A stretch of 64,000 nucleotides of DNA from Laetmonice hystrix (taxonomy: Eukaryota), in assembly GCA_965235115.1 (NCBI GenBank), contig OZ249445.1, positions 21,638,001-21,702,000 of the forward strand, written 5' to 3'. The position numbers and the translations under genes were made by a program. The stretch's first letter is position 1, and every line of letters begins with the position of its first letter. Under the pieces are notes generated by a model, which was given only the letters and a program-made list of their open reading frames with translations, did no database searches and was not told the DNA's origin. Shown here in pieces: positions 7,706-19,200 of the stretch.

Positions 7706-7743
7706 GGCTGGTTTTGATCCTTGGGTAGTGAATTTGTACTTAA

Positions 7744-8300
7744 TGTAAGCAACGGGAATTCACATGGATTCACAACTAACTGGTCCTTGGCTTGACTACT
7801 TTTATTTTCCTAGCCTCAGCCTCAGAGTCTCCCCAGCAAACCGTCACTCGTACACAATGACTCGCTGACACGTACGGTACAAACTGTAAATAAAGCAAAA
7901 GATACTTGCTAGTCCAATATTTATAACCATTAGGCTAGACGTTCCCACTACATTAACCGAAACTCGAAACCAGAAGCCCCAAACACGTGGGGGCGATAAT
8001 AGGGTTATTATTGGAGACGGAGATATTTTAGAGGTTTGTGTCGAAGGAGAAGAAAAACCAGTACATATATATTAGACCCAAGAAGACATCAATACAAACT
8101 TAGTTCAAAGAAACTCACTTCACTGGGTTCCCATGGGTGAACATTATTCTAGAGGCTAAACCCAAACTGTCGAGGACCACGCTAGTGCCGTCACAATCTC
8201 CGTGTTTTTTCTCCCCTCTCCTCACCAGAGGGCACCCCATATCCCTCGCTCACCAGAGGGCTCCACCAACTGGCTTGCCGCCTAGCAGTCAAACCTAACA
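7744..8300 (-). repeat. LTR copy 1 (shared by units 1 and 2)
   Basis: Same sequence as 374..930. Confidence 0.8.
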
Positions 8301-8839
8301 TTTCCCGGCCCCCAATGCCACTATAAGGGGCATTCCTAACTAATAATAAACAAACTGCTGCCCCACACTAAACGACAAAAGATTCACCTGACAAATACAT
8401 ATGCCGGGTACCAAACCCATCAGGCAAAAAAAAACATCAAAAAGGTGGGACTGAACACTCGCAGAAACACTAGTTCTGCAATTCCACTGATATAGTCAAA
8501 TGTTCCAATGGTATATTCAAAAGGCTCCGCTGGTACAGTCAAAAGTTCCAATGGTATATTCAAAGGCTCCGCTGGTATAGTCAAATGTTCCAATGGTATA
8601 TTCAGCAACTCCAAGAGTACACCAGTCAGCTTACGGAAAAGTTTCCATAGGTTCAGTAACACAAAGAGGCAAAGTCAACCTTGGTGCAAACCAGGTACAA
8701 AGGTATACAAAAAATCTAACCACAATGGCCAGTGCTGACAATAAATTCTCCCAGTGGTTGACATGACATAGGTGTACAGGAACAAACAATACTCCTGATA
8801 ATACAGTACTAAACGTTCCTGTTTGAAAACAGGTGTTCC

Positions 8840-11800
8840 TTAAGGAACAGGTGCTGCCTCAAGCAAGCACAGCTTGGTAATCGGTCGGTCATAGAGAGAC
8901 CCATTAAATCTGATCTGTGCAGAACGAACTCGGTTGTCTCGTCCGGGGTAGATCTGAGTAACCAGACCAAGAGGCCACCGGTACCGCGGCATGGCCTCAT
9001 GTCGAACCAACACCAGGTCTCCAACGCGGACATCCCTTTCAATGGTTGTCCACTTTTGTCGCTCCTGCAACAAAGGCAAGTACTCTTTGGTCCAACGTGA
9101 CCAAAACACATCGGCCAGGTACTGGACCTGGCGCCAACGGCGTCGATACAGATCTTGTTTGGCAGTCAAACAAGGTGGCAAGGTGGGCCCAGACCGCAGC
9201 AGCAGCAAATGGTTTGGGGTCAGAGGCGTGTCATCGTTGGGGTCGTCAGACAACTTGGTTATAGGTCTCCCATTTACTATGCTTTCTGTAACACAGAATA
9301 GGGTGTTGAGGGAGTCATCGTCCAACCTTTGTTGTTGTAGGAGAGCTGTCAGAATGGCCCTCACGGTGCGGATTTGCCGCTCCCACACCCCTCCCATGTG
9401 GGAGGCCCCAGGAGGGTTGAACACCCACTGGACTTCCCTCTGCAGCAGAGCTTCACAGATCTTGCCTTGGTTCCACTCCTTAAGTGCCCTCCCCAACTCT
9501 GCCTTAGCCCCAACAAAGTTGGTGCCGTTGTCCGAGCGAATGACCTTGGGCTGACCCCGACGCGCCATAAACCGATGAAGGGCATTCAGATAGGCATCCG
9601 TGTCGAGAGAAGTAGCCACTTCCAAATGAACTGCGCGAGTTGTGAGGCAAGTAAACAGGCATCCATATCGCTTCACTTCGGTGCGCCCTCGTCTCACAAT
9701 GATTGGTCCAAAATAATCAACACCCACCATGCTGAAAGGAGGGTCTCCAGGTGTAACTCTGTCGGCAGGTAGGTCAGCCATCTGCTGCCTCATGGCACAT
9801 GCTCGTGCCCGTTTGCATGGGACACACTGTCCAATGACAGCTCGAACAACGGAACGTCCGCTTACAAGCCAATAACGAAGCCTTATCTCCGCTAGAACCC
9901 GCTCGACCCCAGCGTGTCCCAATTTGATGTGGTAATGGCCCACAATGAGCCGGGCCACGTGATGCTTGGCAGGCACAATCCAAGGATGCCTTCTGTCCTG
10001 TGGGAGGTCTGCTCTGGCAAGCCTGCCTCCTACACATAATACTCCCTCGGAAGAGAGAGTGGGTGCTAGTCTCTCATATCGGTTAGATCTCAGGGTGTCC
10101 TTACTGAGGGCTTGCCGCTGAATGTACCGCACTATCGCAGCTTCCGCAGCCCGCAGGTCAGCAGTAGTTAACCACCGGTGTTCATGAGCATCAGGTGCCT
10201 TGCACCGATTCCCAAGGTAGCCCACGAAACGCAACAACCAACCAACAGACTTGCACAAGCGGTACCATGAGGAATACTTGGCTAGCAGCTGGTCAATGAT
10301 AGACGCCTGGTGGTCCTCCGTGGCATACACCTGCGCATCCTTCTTCACTTCTGCTTCATCAGGTGGTAGGTTTCCCTTGACTGGAGAAACTGGCCAGGAG
10401 TCCTCAGTCCGGTAGAGGAACTCAGGCCCTATGAGCCAACGCTCAGAGTGGCATAGTTCAGTAGCGGTGAGACCACGGGAGCAATCATCAGCAGGGTTGT
10501 CTTCCGTCCTGACATGTCTCCATTGCGAGGGTTTGCTGATTTCCATGATTTGGGCCACGCGATTAGCCACAAAGGTCTGAAAACGCTTATCTTCATTGGC
10601 TAGGTACCACAGGACAATTGTGGAGTCTGTCCAAAAAACAGACCTCAACAGAGGGATTTCTAGGTCTTCCCTCAGCATACGGTCCAACTTGACCGCTTCC
10701 ACGGCTGCCGTCAGCTCAAGCCTAGGAACAGTTGTAGTTTTCATAGGCGCTAGCTTGGCCTTTGCAGCCAGAAGACCCATGTGAATGACCTGGTCAACAT
10801 CCACAACACGCAAATAACTGACAGCTCCATAAGCTCCAGTCGACGCGTCGGCAAAGTGGTGCAATTGGGCTGATATCATGGGACGACTGGGCTTCAGACA
10901 GCGAGGAACAGTGAAACTGGCAATGTTTGGCAAGTCTCCAAGCCACCGTGCCCATTGCAGAGACAGTCCGTCAGGCACACTTTCGTCCCAAGTGGTAGTC
11001 AAGCGGCAGGTTTCCTGGAAGATCAGTTTGGCCCGCAGGACGAACGGGCATACGAAACCCAAGGGATCGTATACCGAGCTAAGAGTGCTGAGAATTCCCC
11101 GTTTAGTAACAGGCTTCCTCGTTGGAGTGACGTCATAACCAAACACATCCTCCTCAAGCTTCCATAGCACTCCCAGTGCTCTCTCGGAGGGCAAGGATCC
11201 CCGGTCCAAGTCCAGGCTGGCAATACCTTTGGCGTGATCCTCCAGGGGGATAGTCTTGAGTAGTTCTCTTGAATTGCTGATCCATTTAGCGAGCCGAAAC
11301 CCGCCCGTTTTTAGCAAACCACGAAGTTGTTGTGACAATCTGATGGCAGCAGGCAGTCCATCAACTGCTTTAAGACAGTCATCAACATAAAAGTTTCGTT
11401 GGACCGTCTTGATGGCTACATCATCAAACCGGTCCCTATTGTCATCTGCACATTTTCTGAGTGCATAATTTGCCGCACTGGGTGACCACACGCCACCAAA
11501 CAAATGCGCTGTCATCCTGTATGTGGCAGGTTCCTGGTTCGGGTCGTCATTCTGCCACCAGAGGAAACGGAGCATATCACGGTCTTGGGGTGTGACTCTA
11601 ACCTGGTGGAACATGGATTCCACATCAGCCATGAATGCCACGGGCTCCTGCCTAAATCTTATCAAGACGCCGACTAACTTGTTGGTGAGATCAGGACCCT
11701 GATGCACTTTATCGTTTAGGGAGACTCCTCGGAACTTTGCCGCACAATCAAACACGACGCGGACTTTCTCCGGCTTCCGGGGGCAAGTTACTGCGTGATG

Positions 11801-13879
11801 GGGAATGTAGTTGACATAGCCATCAATTTCGTCATTTGAGCCGGGCGAGACTGGCTCTGCATACCCCTTCGCGACCAGTTCCCTTATCTGAGTGGTATAC
11901 AAAGCTCTGAGATCCTCGTCTCGAGTTAGGCGCCTGCCTAGCAACTTGAGTCTATGTTCGGCCATAGGTCGGTTGTCTGGCATGCATGGGGGTCTGTGTT
12001 TGAAGGGGATTCCAAAGGTGTAGTGACCATCACTCAAACAAGCAGTATTGTCCCACTCCTCAAGAACTCTCCGATCAGCTACTGATTGGGGCGTGACTGA
12101 GTTTCCCATATCCTCCAGTTCCCAGAAGCGGCCGACCTGTTGCTCTAGGGCTACAAAGCACGAGTAGACTGTATGGCTCCTGGCATCTCCAATTGGTCCA
12201 TTTATGGTCCATCCCAAGAGGGTTCTTGAAGCGTAGGGTTCGCCCGGTCCACCTGAACGGAGTTCCAAGGGCATGAGGGCCTGTGGTACGTCGTTACCGA
12301 TTATCAAATGCACTTCGTTTGAATTGGTGTTTGGAATCTCTATGCCATCAAAGTGTTTCCACTTCCCGAGTTCCTTATCCGACACCAAGCTGGTCAGCCC
12401 AACATAGATATTTGGACGGACGTAAACTGTCCTCAGATCGATAATCGATTGTTCCTCCAGATCAGATGCCTGGAGCCGTATCGACGTGGTCTGAAGCTTT
12501 TCCTTCCCGCTTAGGGTCATTAAATCCAGGGTTTCACACCTTCGGGCCGCCCCGAGCCTGTCAGCCAGGTGATTAGAACAGAAAGTGGCGGTACTCCCTG
12601 GATCCAGAAGTGCATAGGTATCCACATAGGCTGGCGACTGTAGGCCACGGACTCTAACAGGTACAATAGGCAAGGCAATCTTGCCTTCACGGGCCCCAGC
12701 AAAGCTACAACTGACTGTCTGGGATGTGCTAGCGGAGGTCTGAGCTCTTGAAACGGCTGGTGTCGCTGCAGGGAGGACAGTGGAATCACCTGTGGTTGAT
12801 TGATTTGCAGTCTGCACATCTGCAGTCCTATTGGCATTTTCCCACCTCAGGTGCAAGAAACGGCTGTGTTTAAGGTTGCACCCATCAATTCCGCAAACAA
12901 ATGACCGAGGACAATCTCTACCAAAATGACCTACATTGAAGCAGTTCATACAACGACCTGTTGATCGCACTAGACCAATACGATCCTTGATCCTCATGGC
13001 TTTGAAAGCAGGGCATGCAACAATGGAGTGTTGATCACCACAACACCAGCAGAGGACTCTGGAGCCTGGATCCTGGGCTTGAGGGGCCATAGTAGCACCA
13101 CCTGGCGCTTGGAGTGATGCTTGCACTGCAAAGCTTCCCTTGTTTCGCTGCTTCATGTCGACTTTCTTCTCAGAAGGCTTCCTCTCAGAGGTCAGATCAG
13201 CCAGTGCACCAAACACAGGATCGGAAACCTCGCTTGCTGCCAACTCAATGAACTTCACCACATCCTCCAAACTAGGCCTTCTGTGACGCTTTATCTCCTG
13301 GTTCTTGGATAACCAACGTGTTCTCAGGCGTTGCGGGAGCTTCTCGAGAATGGTCCTTAAATTTTGTGCACTTTCCAACTCGTGAAGATATCCCATCGTT
13401 TCCAGGGTTTCCTTGCAGCAGCGTAACACATCTGCATACTCTTGGAGGCCAACATTGCCTGTCAACTGCGAATGATTACAGATCCTTTCAATCCAAGCCT
13501 GCGAGATTATATTTTCATCCCCAAACCGCTCTTTCAAGAGTTTTCTGGCAAGGCGATATCCATCAGGAGGTGGGAGTACTTCACAACACTGGAGCAAGTT
13601 GCGAGCCTTGCCTGTGCAATATTGTAACAGAGCATTAAGTTTGACGCCATCACTAATAGTGTCTCTCTCCAAGGTGTGATCAAACCGCCTGATAAACGAC
13701 CAATACTGTAACGGATTTCCATCAAAGTAGGTCAATTCTGACTTTGGCAACTGCAGACTTTCCACCAAGGATTGGTGTTGCCGCTGTGTGGCGTCGAGCA
13801 TGCTGTACAAGACATGTGAGACATCAGGAGATCCCTGGGGCCCTATTGCAGATGGGTCCCATGAACGGTGTGACCTCAT
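8840..13879 (-). CDS. pol: ORF2 Gag-Pol, 1679 aa, unit 2, intact
   Basis: Same motifs as unit 1; carries the TCPRK variant (11785). Confidence 0.95.
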   Translation of the reverse strand: MRSHRSWDPSAIGPQGSPDVSHVLYSMLDATQRQHQSLVESLQLPKSELTYFDGNPLQYWSFIRRFDHTLERDTISDGVKLNALLQYCTGKARNLLQCCEVLPPPDGYRLARKLLKERFGDENIISQAWIERICNHSQLTGNVGLQEYADVLRCCKETLETMGYLHELESAQNLRTILEKLPQRLRTRWLSKNQEIKRHRRPSLEDVVKFIELAASEVSDPVFGALADLTSERKPSEKKVDMKQRNKGSFAVQASLQAPGGATMAPQAQDPGSRVLCWCCGDQHSIVACPAFKAMRIKDRIGLVRSTGRCMNCFNVGHFGRDCPRSFVCGIDGCNLKHSRFLHLRWENANRTADVQTANQSTTGDSTVLPAATPAVSRAQTSASTSQTVSCSFAGAREGKIALPIVPVRVRGLQSPAYVDTYALLDPGSTATFCSNHLADRLGAARRCETLDLMTLSGKEKLQTTSIRLQASDLEEQSIIDLRTVYVRPNIYVGLTSLVSDKELGKWKHFDGIEIPNTNSNEVHLIIGNDVPQALMPLELRSGGPGEPYASRTLLGWTINGPIGDARSHTVYSCFVALEQQVGRFWELEDMGNSVTPQSVADRRVLEEWDNTACLSDGHYTFGIPFKHRPPCMPDNRPMAEHRLKLLGRRLTRDEDLRALYTTQIRELVAKGYAEPVSPGSNDEIDGYVNYIPHHAVTCPRKPEKVRVVFDCAAKFRGVSLNDKVHQGPDLTNKLVGVLIRFRQEPVAFMADVESMFHQVRVTPQDRDMLRFLWWQNDDPNQEPATYRMTAHLFGGVWSPSAANYALRKCADDNRDRFDDVAIKTVQRNFYVDDCLKAVDGLPAAIRLSQQLRGLLKTGGFRLAKWISNSRELLKTIPLEDHAKGIASLDLDRGSLPSERALGVLWKLEEDVFGYDVTPTRKPVTKRGILSTLSSVYDPLGFVCPFVLRAKLIFQETCRLTTTWDESVPDGLSLQWARWLGDLPNIASFTVPRCLKPSRPMISAQLHHFADASTGAYGAVSYLRVVDVDQVIHMGLLAAKAKLAPMKTTTVPRLELTAAVEAVKLDRMLREDLEIPLLRSVFWTDSTIVLWYLANEDKRFQTFVANRVAQIMEISKPSQWRHVRTEDNPADDCSRGLTATELCHSERWLIGPEFLYRTEDSWPVSPVKGNLPPDEAEVKKDAQVYATEDHQASIIDQLLAKYSSWYRLCKSVGWLLRFVGYLGNRCKAPDAHEHRWLTTADLRAAEAAIVRYIQRQALSKDTLRSNRYERLAPTLSSEGVLCVGGRLARADLPQDRRHPWIVPAKHHVARLIVGHYHIKLGHAGVERVLAEIRLRYWLVSGRSVVRAVIGQCVPCKRARACAMRQQMADLPADRVTPGDPPFSMVGVDYFGPIIVRRGRTEVKRYGCLFTCLTTRAVHLEVATSLDTDAYLNALHRFMARRGQPKVIRSDNGTNFVGAKAELGRALKEWNQGKICEALLQREVQWVFNPPGASHMGGVWERQIRTVRAILTALLQQQRLDDDSLNTLFCVTESIVNGRPITKLSDDPNDDTPLTPNHLLLLRSGPTLPPCLTAKQDLYRRRWRQVQYLADVFWSRWTKEYLPLLQERQKWTTIERDVRVGDLVLVRHEAMPRYRWPLGLVTQIYPGRDNRVRSAQIRFNGSLYDRPITKLCLLEAAPVP

Positions 13880-15075
13880 TGGGTCATCAGTGGAACTGGT
13901 GTGTGGGCTTGACGGCTGCCCCCCTGGGAGTGCCTCGTGGCAGACATAGGTGTAGAGGAAGTGAGGTCCTCTCCCCTGGGGTTCCCGTCTGGTTTCTTAT
14001 TCGTGGAACTTGGGTTTGGGTTTGACGGCCAGCCCCCCTGGGAGTACCTCGGGGCAGACATAGGTGTAGATGAAATGAGGTCATCTCCCCTGGGGTTCCC
14101 GTCTGGTTTCTTATCCGTGGAACTTGGGTTTGGGTTTGACGGCCAGCCCCCCTGGGAGTACCTCGGGGCAGACATAGGTGTAGATGAAATGAGGTCATCT
14201 CCCCTGGGGTTCCCGTCAGGTTTCTTATCCATGGAACTGGGTTTTGGGTTTGACGGCCAGCCCCCCTGGGAGTACCTCGGTGCAGACATAGGTGTAGAGG
14301 AAGTGAGATCATCTCCCCTGGGGTTCCCGTCAGGTTTCTTATCCATGGAACTGAGTTTTGGGTTTGACGGCCAGCCCCCCTGGGAGTACCTCGGGGCAGA
14401 CATAGGTGTAGAGGAAGTGAGGTCATCTCCCCTGGGGTTCCCGTCAGGTTTCTCTTCATCCCACTCATCCAGTTCTCGATGCATCCTTTGCAGTTCCAAA
14501 TAACGTTCCCTTTGTTCCTGCTTGAATTGTATCTCCAGCTTAATTCTCTCTCGTTTCAACTTGCTCTCCCGTTCCATTAGCTCCCGCTTTAATTCGTAAT
14601 CCCGGATCATCAGGTCTTCACGAACGCGCAGCTCATTCAGTTGTGCCTCGCTGTGCCGCACAGACTGTTCCAGGTCGGTCTCGGTATCCTCGGGTTCAGT
14701 CTCTTTTGCTGTATCAGCTACAACATCAACAGGTGTGGTCAGCACACCTCCATCATCCCCTTGTCCATCTTTAGTGTCCTCAATCCAGAGGTTGAGGGAT
14801 TCACGAAACTGATCAAACATGAACTTGGCTTCTTTGAGGTAATTGTTTGAACTCTCAATCTCCTTCGTTTCAGTCAGCACTCCATGGTACTCATTTTGTG
14901 CGTCCACAAATCGCCGGTATGCACTGTCAAACTCGTCTGCCAAGGCTGTGACCTGAGGGAGATTCTGTTTTGATTCCATAAGGTTATCGGCCCGAGTTGT
15001 TAAGCGGGTGACTGCAGCCTTTGCTATTCCTCTCCTTTTCCTTAACGGCTCTTGGACATTTTCTTTAGCTGCCAT
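13876..15075 (-). CDS. gag: ORF1 Gag N-terminal region, unit 2
   Basis: 399-aa copy of the unit 1 ORF1. Confidence 0.85.
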   Translation of the reverse strand: MAAKENVQEPLRKRRGIAKAAVTRLTTRADNLMESKQNLPQVTALADEFDSAYRRFVDAQNEYHGVLTETKEIESSNNYLKEAKFMFDQFRESLNLWIEDTKDGQGDDGGVLTTPVDVVADTAKETEPEDTETDLEQSVRHSEAQLNELRVREDLMIRDYELKRELMERESKLKRERIKLEIQFKQEQRERYLELQRMHRELDEWDEEKPDGNPRGDDLTSSTPMSAPRYSQGGWPSNPKLSSMDKKPDGNPRGDDLTSSTPMSAPRYSQGGWPSNPKPSSMDKKPDGNPRGDDLISSTPMSAPRYSQGGWPSNPNPSSTDKKPDGNPRGDDLISSTPMSAPRYSQGGWPSNPNPSSTNKKPDGNPRGEDLTSSTPMSATRHSQGGSRQAHTPVPLMTQ

Positions 15076-15113
15076 GGCTGGTTTTGATCCTTGGGTAGTG
15101 AATTTGTACTTAA

Positions 15114-15670
15114 TGTAAGCAACGGGAATTCACATGGATTCACAACTAACTGGTCCTTGGCTTGACTACTTTTATTTTCCTAGCCTCAGCCTCAGAGTCT
15201 CCCCAGCAAACCGTCACTCGTACACAATGACTCGCTGACACGTACGGTACAAACTGTAAATAAAGCAAAAGATACTTGCTAGTCCAATATTTATAACCAT
15301 TAGGCTAGACGTTCCCACTACATTAACCGAAACTCGAAACCAGAAGCCCCAAACACGTGGGGGCGATAATAGGGTTATTATTGGAGACGGAGATATTTTA
15401 GAGGTTTGTGTCGAAGGAGAAGAAAAACCAGTACATATATATTAGACCCAAGAAGACATCAATACAAACTTAGTTCAAAGAAACTCACTTCACTGGGTTC
15501 CCATGGGTGAACATTATTCTAGAGGCTAAACCCAAACTGTCGAGGACCACGCTAGTGCCGTCACAATCTCCGTGTTTTTTCTCCCCTCTCCTCACCAGAG
15601 GGCACCCCATATCCCTCGCTCACCAGAGGGCTCCACCAACTGGCTTGCCGCCTAGCAGTCAAACCTAACA
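15114..15670 (-). repeat. LTR copy 2
   Basis: Same sequence as 374..930. Confidence 0.8.
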
Positions 15671-16209
15671 TTTCCCGGCCCCCAATGCCACTATAAGGGG
15701 CATTCCTAACTAATAATAAACAAACTGCTGCCCCACACTAAACGACAAAAGATTCACCTGACAAATACATATGCCGGGTACCAAACCCATCAGGCAAAAA
15801 AAAACATCAAAAAGGTGGGACTGAACACTCGCAGAAACACTAGTTCTGCAATTCCACTGATATAGTCAAATGTTCCAATGGTATATTCAAAAGGCTCCGC
15901 TGGTACAGTCAAAAGTTCCAATGGTATATTCAAAGGCTCCGCTGGTATAGTCAAATGTTCCAATGGTATATTCAGCAACTCCAAGAGTACACCAGTCAGC
16001 TTACGGAAAAGTTTCCATAGGTTCAGTAACACAAAGAGGCAAAGTCAACCTTGGTGCAAACCAGGTACAAAGGTATACAAAAAATCTAACCACAATGGCC
16101 AGTGCTGACAATAAATTCTCCCAGTGGTTGACATGACATAGGTGTACAGGAACAAACAATACTCCTGATAATACAGTACTAAACGTTCCTGTTTGAAAAC
16201 AGGTGTTCC

Positions 16210-19200
16210 TTAAGGAACAGGTGCTGCCTCAAGCAAGCACAGCTTGGTAATCGGTCGGTCATAGAGAGACCCATTAAATCTGATCTGTGCAGAACGAACT
16301 CGGTTGTCTCGTCCGGGGTAGATCTGAGTAACCAGACCAAGAGGCCACCGGTACCGCGGCATGGCCTCATGTCGAACCAACACCAGGTCTCCAACGCGGA
16401 CATCCCTTTCAATGGTTGTCCACTTTTGTCGCTCCTGCAACAAAGGCAAGTACTCTTTGGTCCAACGTGACCAAAACACATCGGCCAGGTACTGGACCTG
16501 GCGCCAACGGCGTCGATACAGATCTTGTTTGGCAGTCAAACAAGGTGGCAAGGTGGGCCCAGACCGCAGCAGCAGCAAATGGTTTGGGGTCAGAGGCGTG
16601 TCATCGTTGGGGTCGTCAGACAACTTGGTTATAGGTCTCCCATTTACTATGCTTTCTGTAACACAGAATAGGGTGTTGAGGGAGTCATCGTCCAACCTTT
16701 GTTGTTGTAGGAGAGCTGTCAGAATGGCCCTCACGGTGCGGATTTGCCGCTCCCACACCCCTCCCATGTGGGAGGCCCCAGGAGGGTTGAACACCCACTG
16801 GACTTCCCTCTGCAGCAGAGCTTCACAGATCTTGCCTTGGTTCCACTCCTTAAGTGCCCTCCCCAACTCTGCCTTAGCCCCAACAAAGTTGGTGCCGTTG
16901 TCCGAGCGAATGACCTTGGGCTGACCCCGACGCGCCATAAACCGATGAAGGGCATTCAGATAGGCATCCGTGTCGAGAGAAGTAGCCACTTCCAAATGAA
17001 CTGCGCGAGTTGTGAGGCAAGTAAACAGGCATCCATATCGCTTCACTTCGGTGCGCCCTCGTCTCACAATGATTGGTCCAAAATAATCAACACCCACCAT
17101 GCTGAAAGGAGGGTCTCCAGGTGTAACTCTGTCGGCAGGTAGGTCAGCCATCTGCTGCCTCATGGCACATGCTCGTGCCCGTTTGCATGGGACACACTGT
17201 CCAATGACAGCTCGAACAACGGAACGTCCGCTTACAAGCCAATAACGAAGCCTTATCTCCGCTAGAACCCGCTCGACCCCAGCGTGTCCCAATTTGATGT
17301 GGTAATGGCCCACAATGAGCCGGGCCACGTGATGCTTGGCAGGCACAATCCAAGGATGCCTTCTGTCCTGTGGGAGGTCTGCTCTGGCAAGCCTGCCTCC
17401 TACACATAATACTCCCTCGGAAGAGAGAGTGGGTGCTAGTCTCTCATATCGGTTAGATCTCAGGGTGTCCTTACTGAGGGCTTGCCGCTGAATGTACCGC
17501 ACTATCGCAGCTTCCGCAGCCCGCAGGTCAGCAGTAGTTAACCACCGGTGTTCATGAGCATCAGGTGCCTTGCACCGATTCCCAAGGTAGCCCACGAAAC
17601 GCAACAACCAACCAACAGACTTGCACAAGCGGTACCATGAGGAATACTTGGCTAGCAGCTGGTCAATGATAGACGCCTGGTGGTCCTCCGTGGCATACAC
17701 CTGCGCATCCTTCTTCACTTCTGCTTCATCAGGTGGTAGGTTTCCCTTGACTGGAGAAACTGGCCAGGAGTCCTCAGTCCGGTAGAGGAACTCAGGCCCT
17801 ATGAGCCAACGCTCAGAGTGGCATAGTTCAGTAGCGGTGAGACCACGGGAGCAATCATCAGCAGGGTTGTCTTCCGTCCTGACATGTCTCCATTGCGAGG
17901 GTTTGCTGATTTCCATGATTTGGGCCACGCGATTAGCCACAAAGGTCTGAAAACGCTTATCTTCATTGGCTAGGTACCACAGGACAATTGTGGAGTCTGT
18001 CCAAAAAACAGACCTCAACAGAGGGATTTCTAGGTCTTCCCTCAGCATACGGTCCAACTTGACCGCTTCCACGGCTGCCGTCAGCTCAAGCCTAGGAACA
18101 GTTGTAGTTTTCATAGGCGCTAGCTTGGCCTTTGCAGCCAGAAGACCCATGTGAATGACCTGGTCAACATCCACAACACGCAAATAACTGACAGCTCCAT
18201 AAGCTCCAGTCGACGCGTCGGCAAAGTGGTGCAATTGGGCTGATATCATGGGACGACTGGGCTTCAGACAGCGAGGAACAGTGAAACTGGCAATGTTTGG
18301 CAAGTCTCCAAGCCACCGTGCCCATTGCAGAGACAGTCCGTCAGGCACACTTTCGTCCCAAGTGGTAGTCAAGCGGCAGGTTTCCTGGAAGATCAGCTTG
18401 GCCCGCAGGACGAACGGGCATACGAAACCCAAGGGATCGTATACCGAGCTAAGAGTGCTGAGAATTCCCCGTTTAGTAACAGGCTTCCTCGTTGGAGTGA
18501 CGTCATAACCAAACACATCCTCCTCAAGCTTCCATAGCACTCCCAGTGCTCTCTCGGAGGGCAAGGATCCCCGGTCCAAGTCCAGGCTGGCAATACCTTT
18601 GGCGTGATCCTCCAGGGGGATAGTCTTGAGTAGTTCTCTTGAATTGCTGATCCATTTAGCGAGCCGAAACCCGCCCGTTTTTAGCAAACCACGAAGTTGT
18701 TGTGACAATCTGATGGCAGCAGGCAGTCCATCAACTGCTTTAAGACAGTCATCAACATAAAAGTTTCGTTGGACCGTCTTGATGGCTACATCATCAAACC
18801 GGTCCCTATTGTCATCTGCACATTTTCTGAGTGCATAATTTGCCGCACTGGGTGACCACACGCCACCAAACAAATGCGCTGTCATCCTGTATGTGGCAGG
18901 TTCCTGGTTCGGGTCGTCATTCTGCCACCAGAGGAAACGGAGCATATCACGGTCTTGGGGTGTGACTCTAACCTGGTGGAACATGGATTCCACATCAGCC
19001 ATGAATGCCACGGGCTCCTGCCTAAATCTTATCAAGACGCCGACTAACTTGTTGGTGAGATCAGGACCCTGATGCACTTTATCGTTTAGGGAGACTCCTC
19101 GGAACTTTGCCGCACAATCAAACACGACGCGGACTTTCTCCGGCTTCCGGGGGCGAGTTACTGCGTGATGGGGAATGTAGTTGACATAGCCATCAATTTC

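Larger units (their letters stand above)
374..8300 (-). mobile_element. Bel/Pao LTR retrotransposon unit 1 (LTR to LTR, LTRs shared with neighbours)
   Basis: Gag-PR-RT-RH-IN order, Bel/Pao-type motifs, PPT and LTRs; ORF2 intact. Confidence 0.93.
7744..15670 (-). mobile_element. Bel/Pao unit 2
   Basis: Copy of unit 1 at +7370; ORF2 intact. Confidence 0.93.
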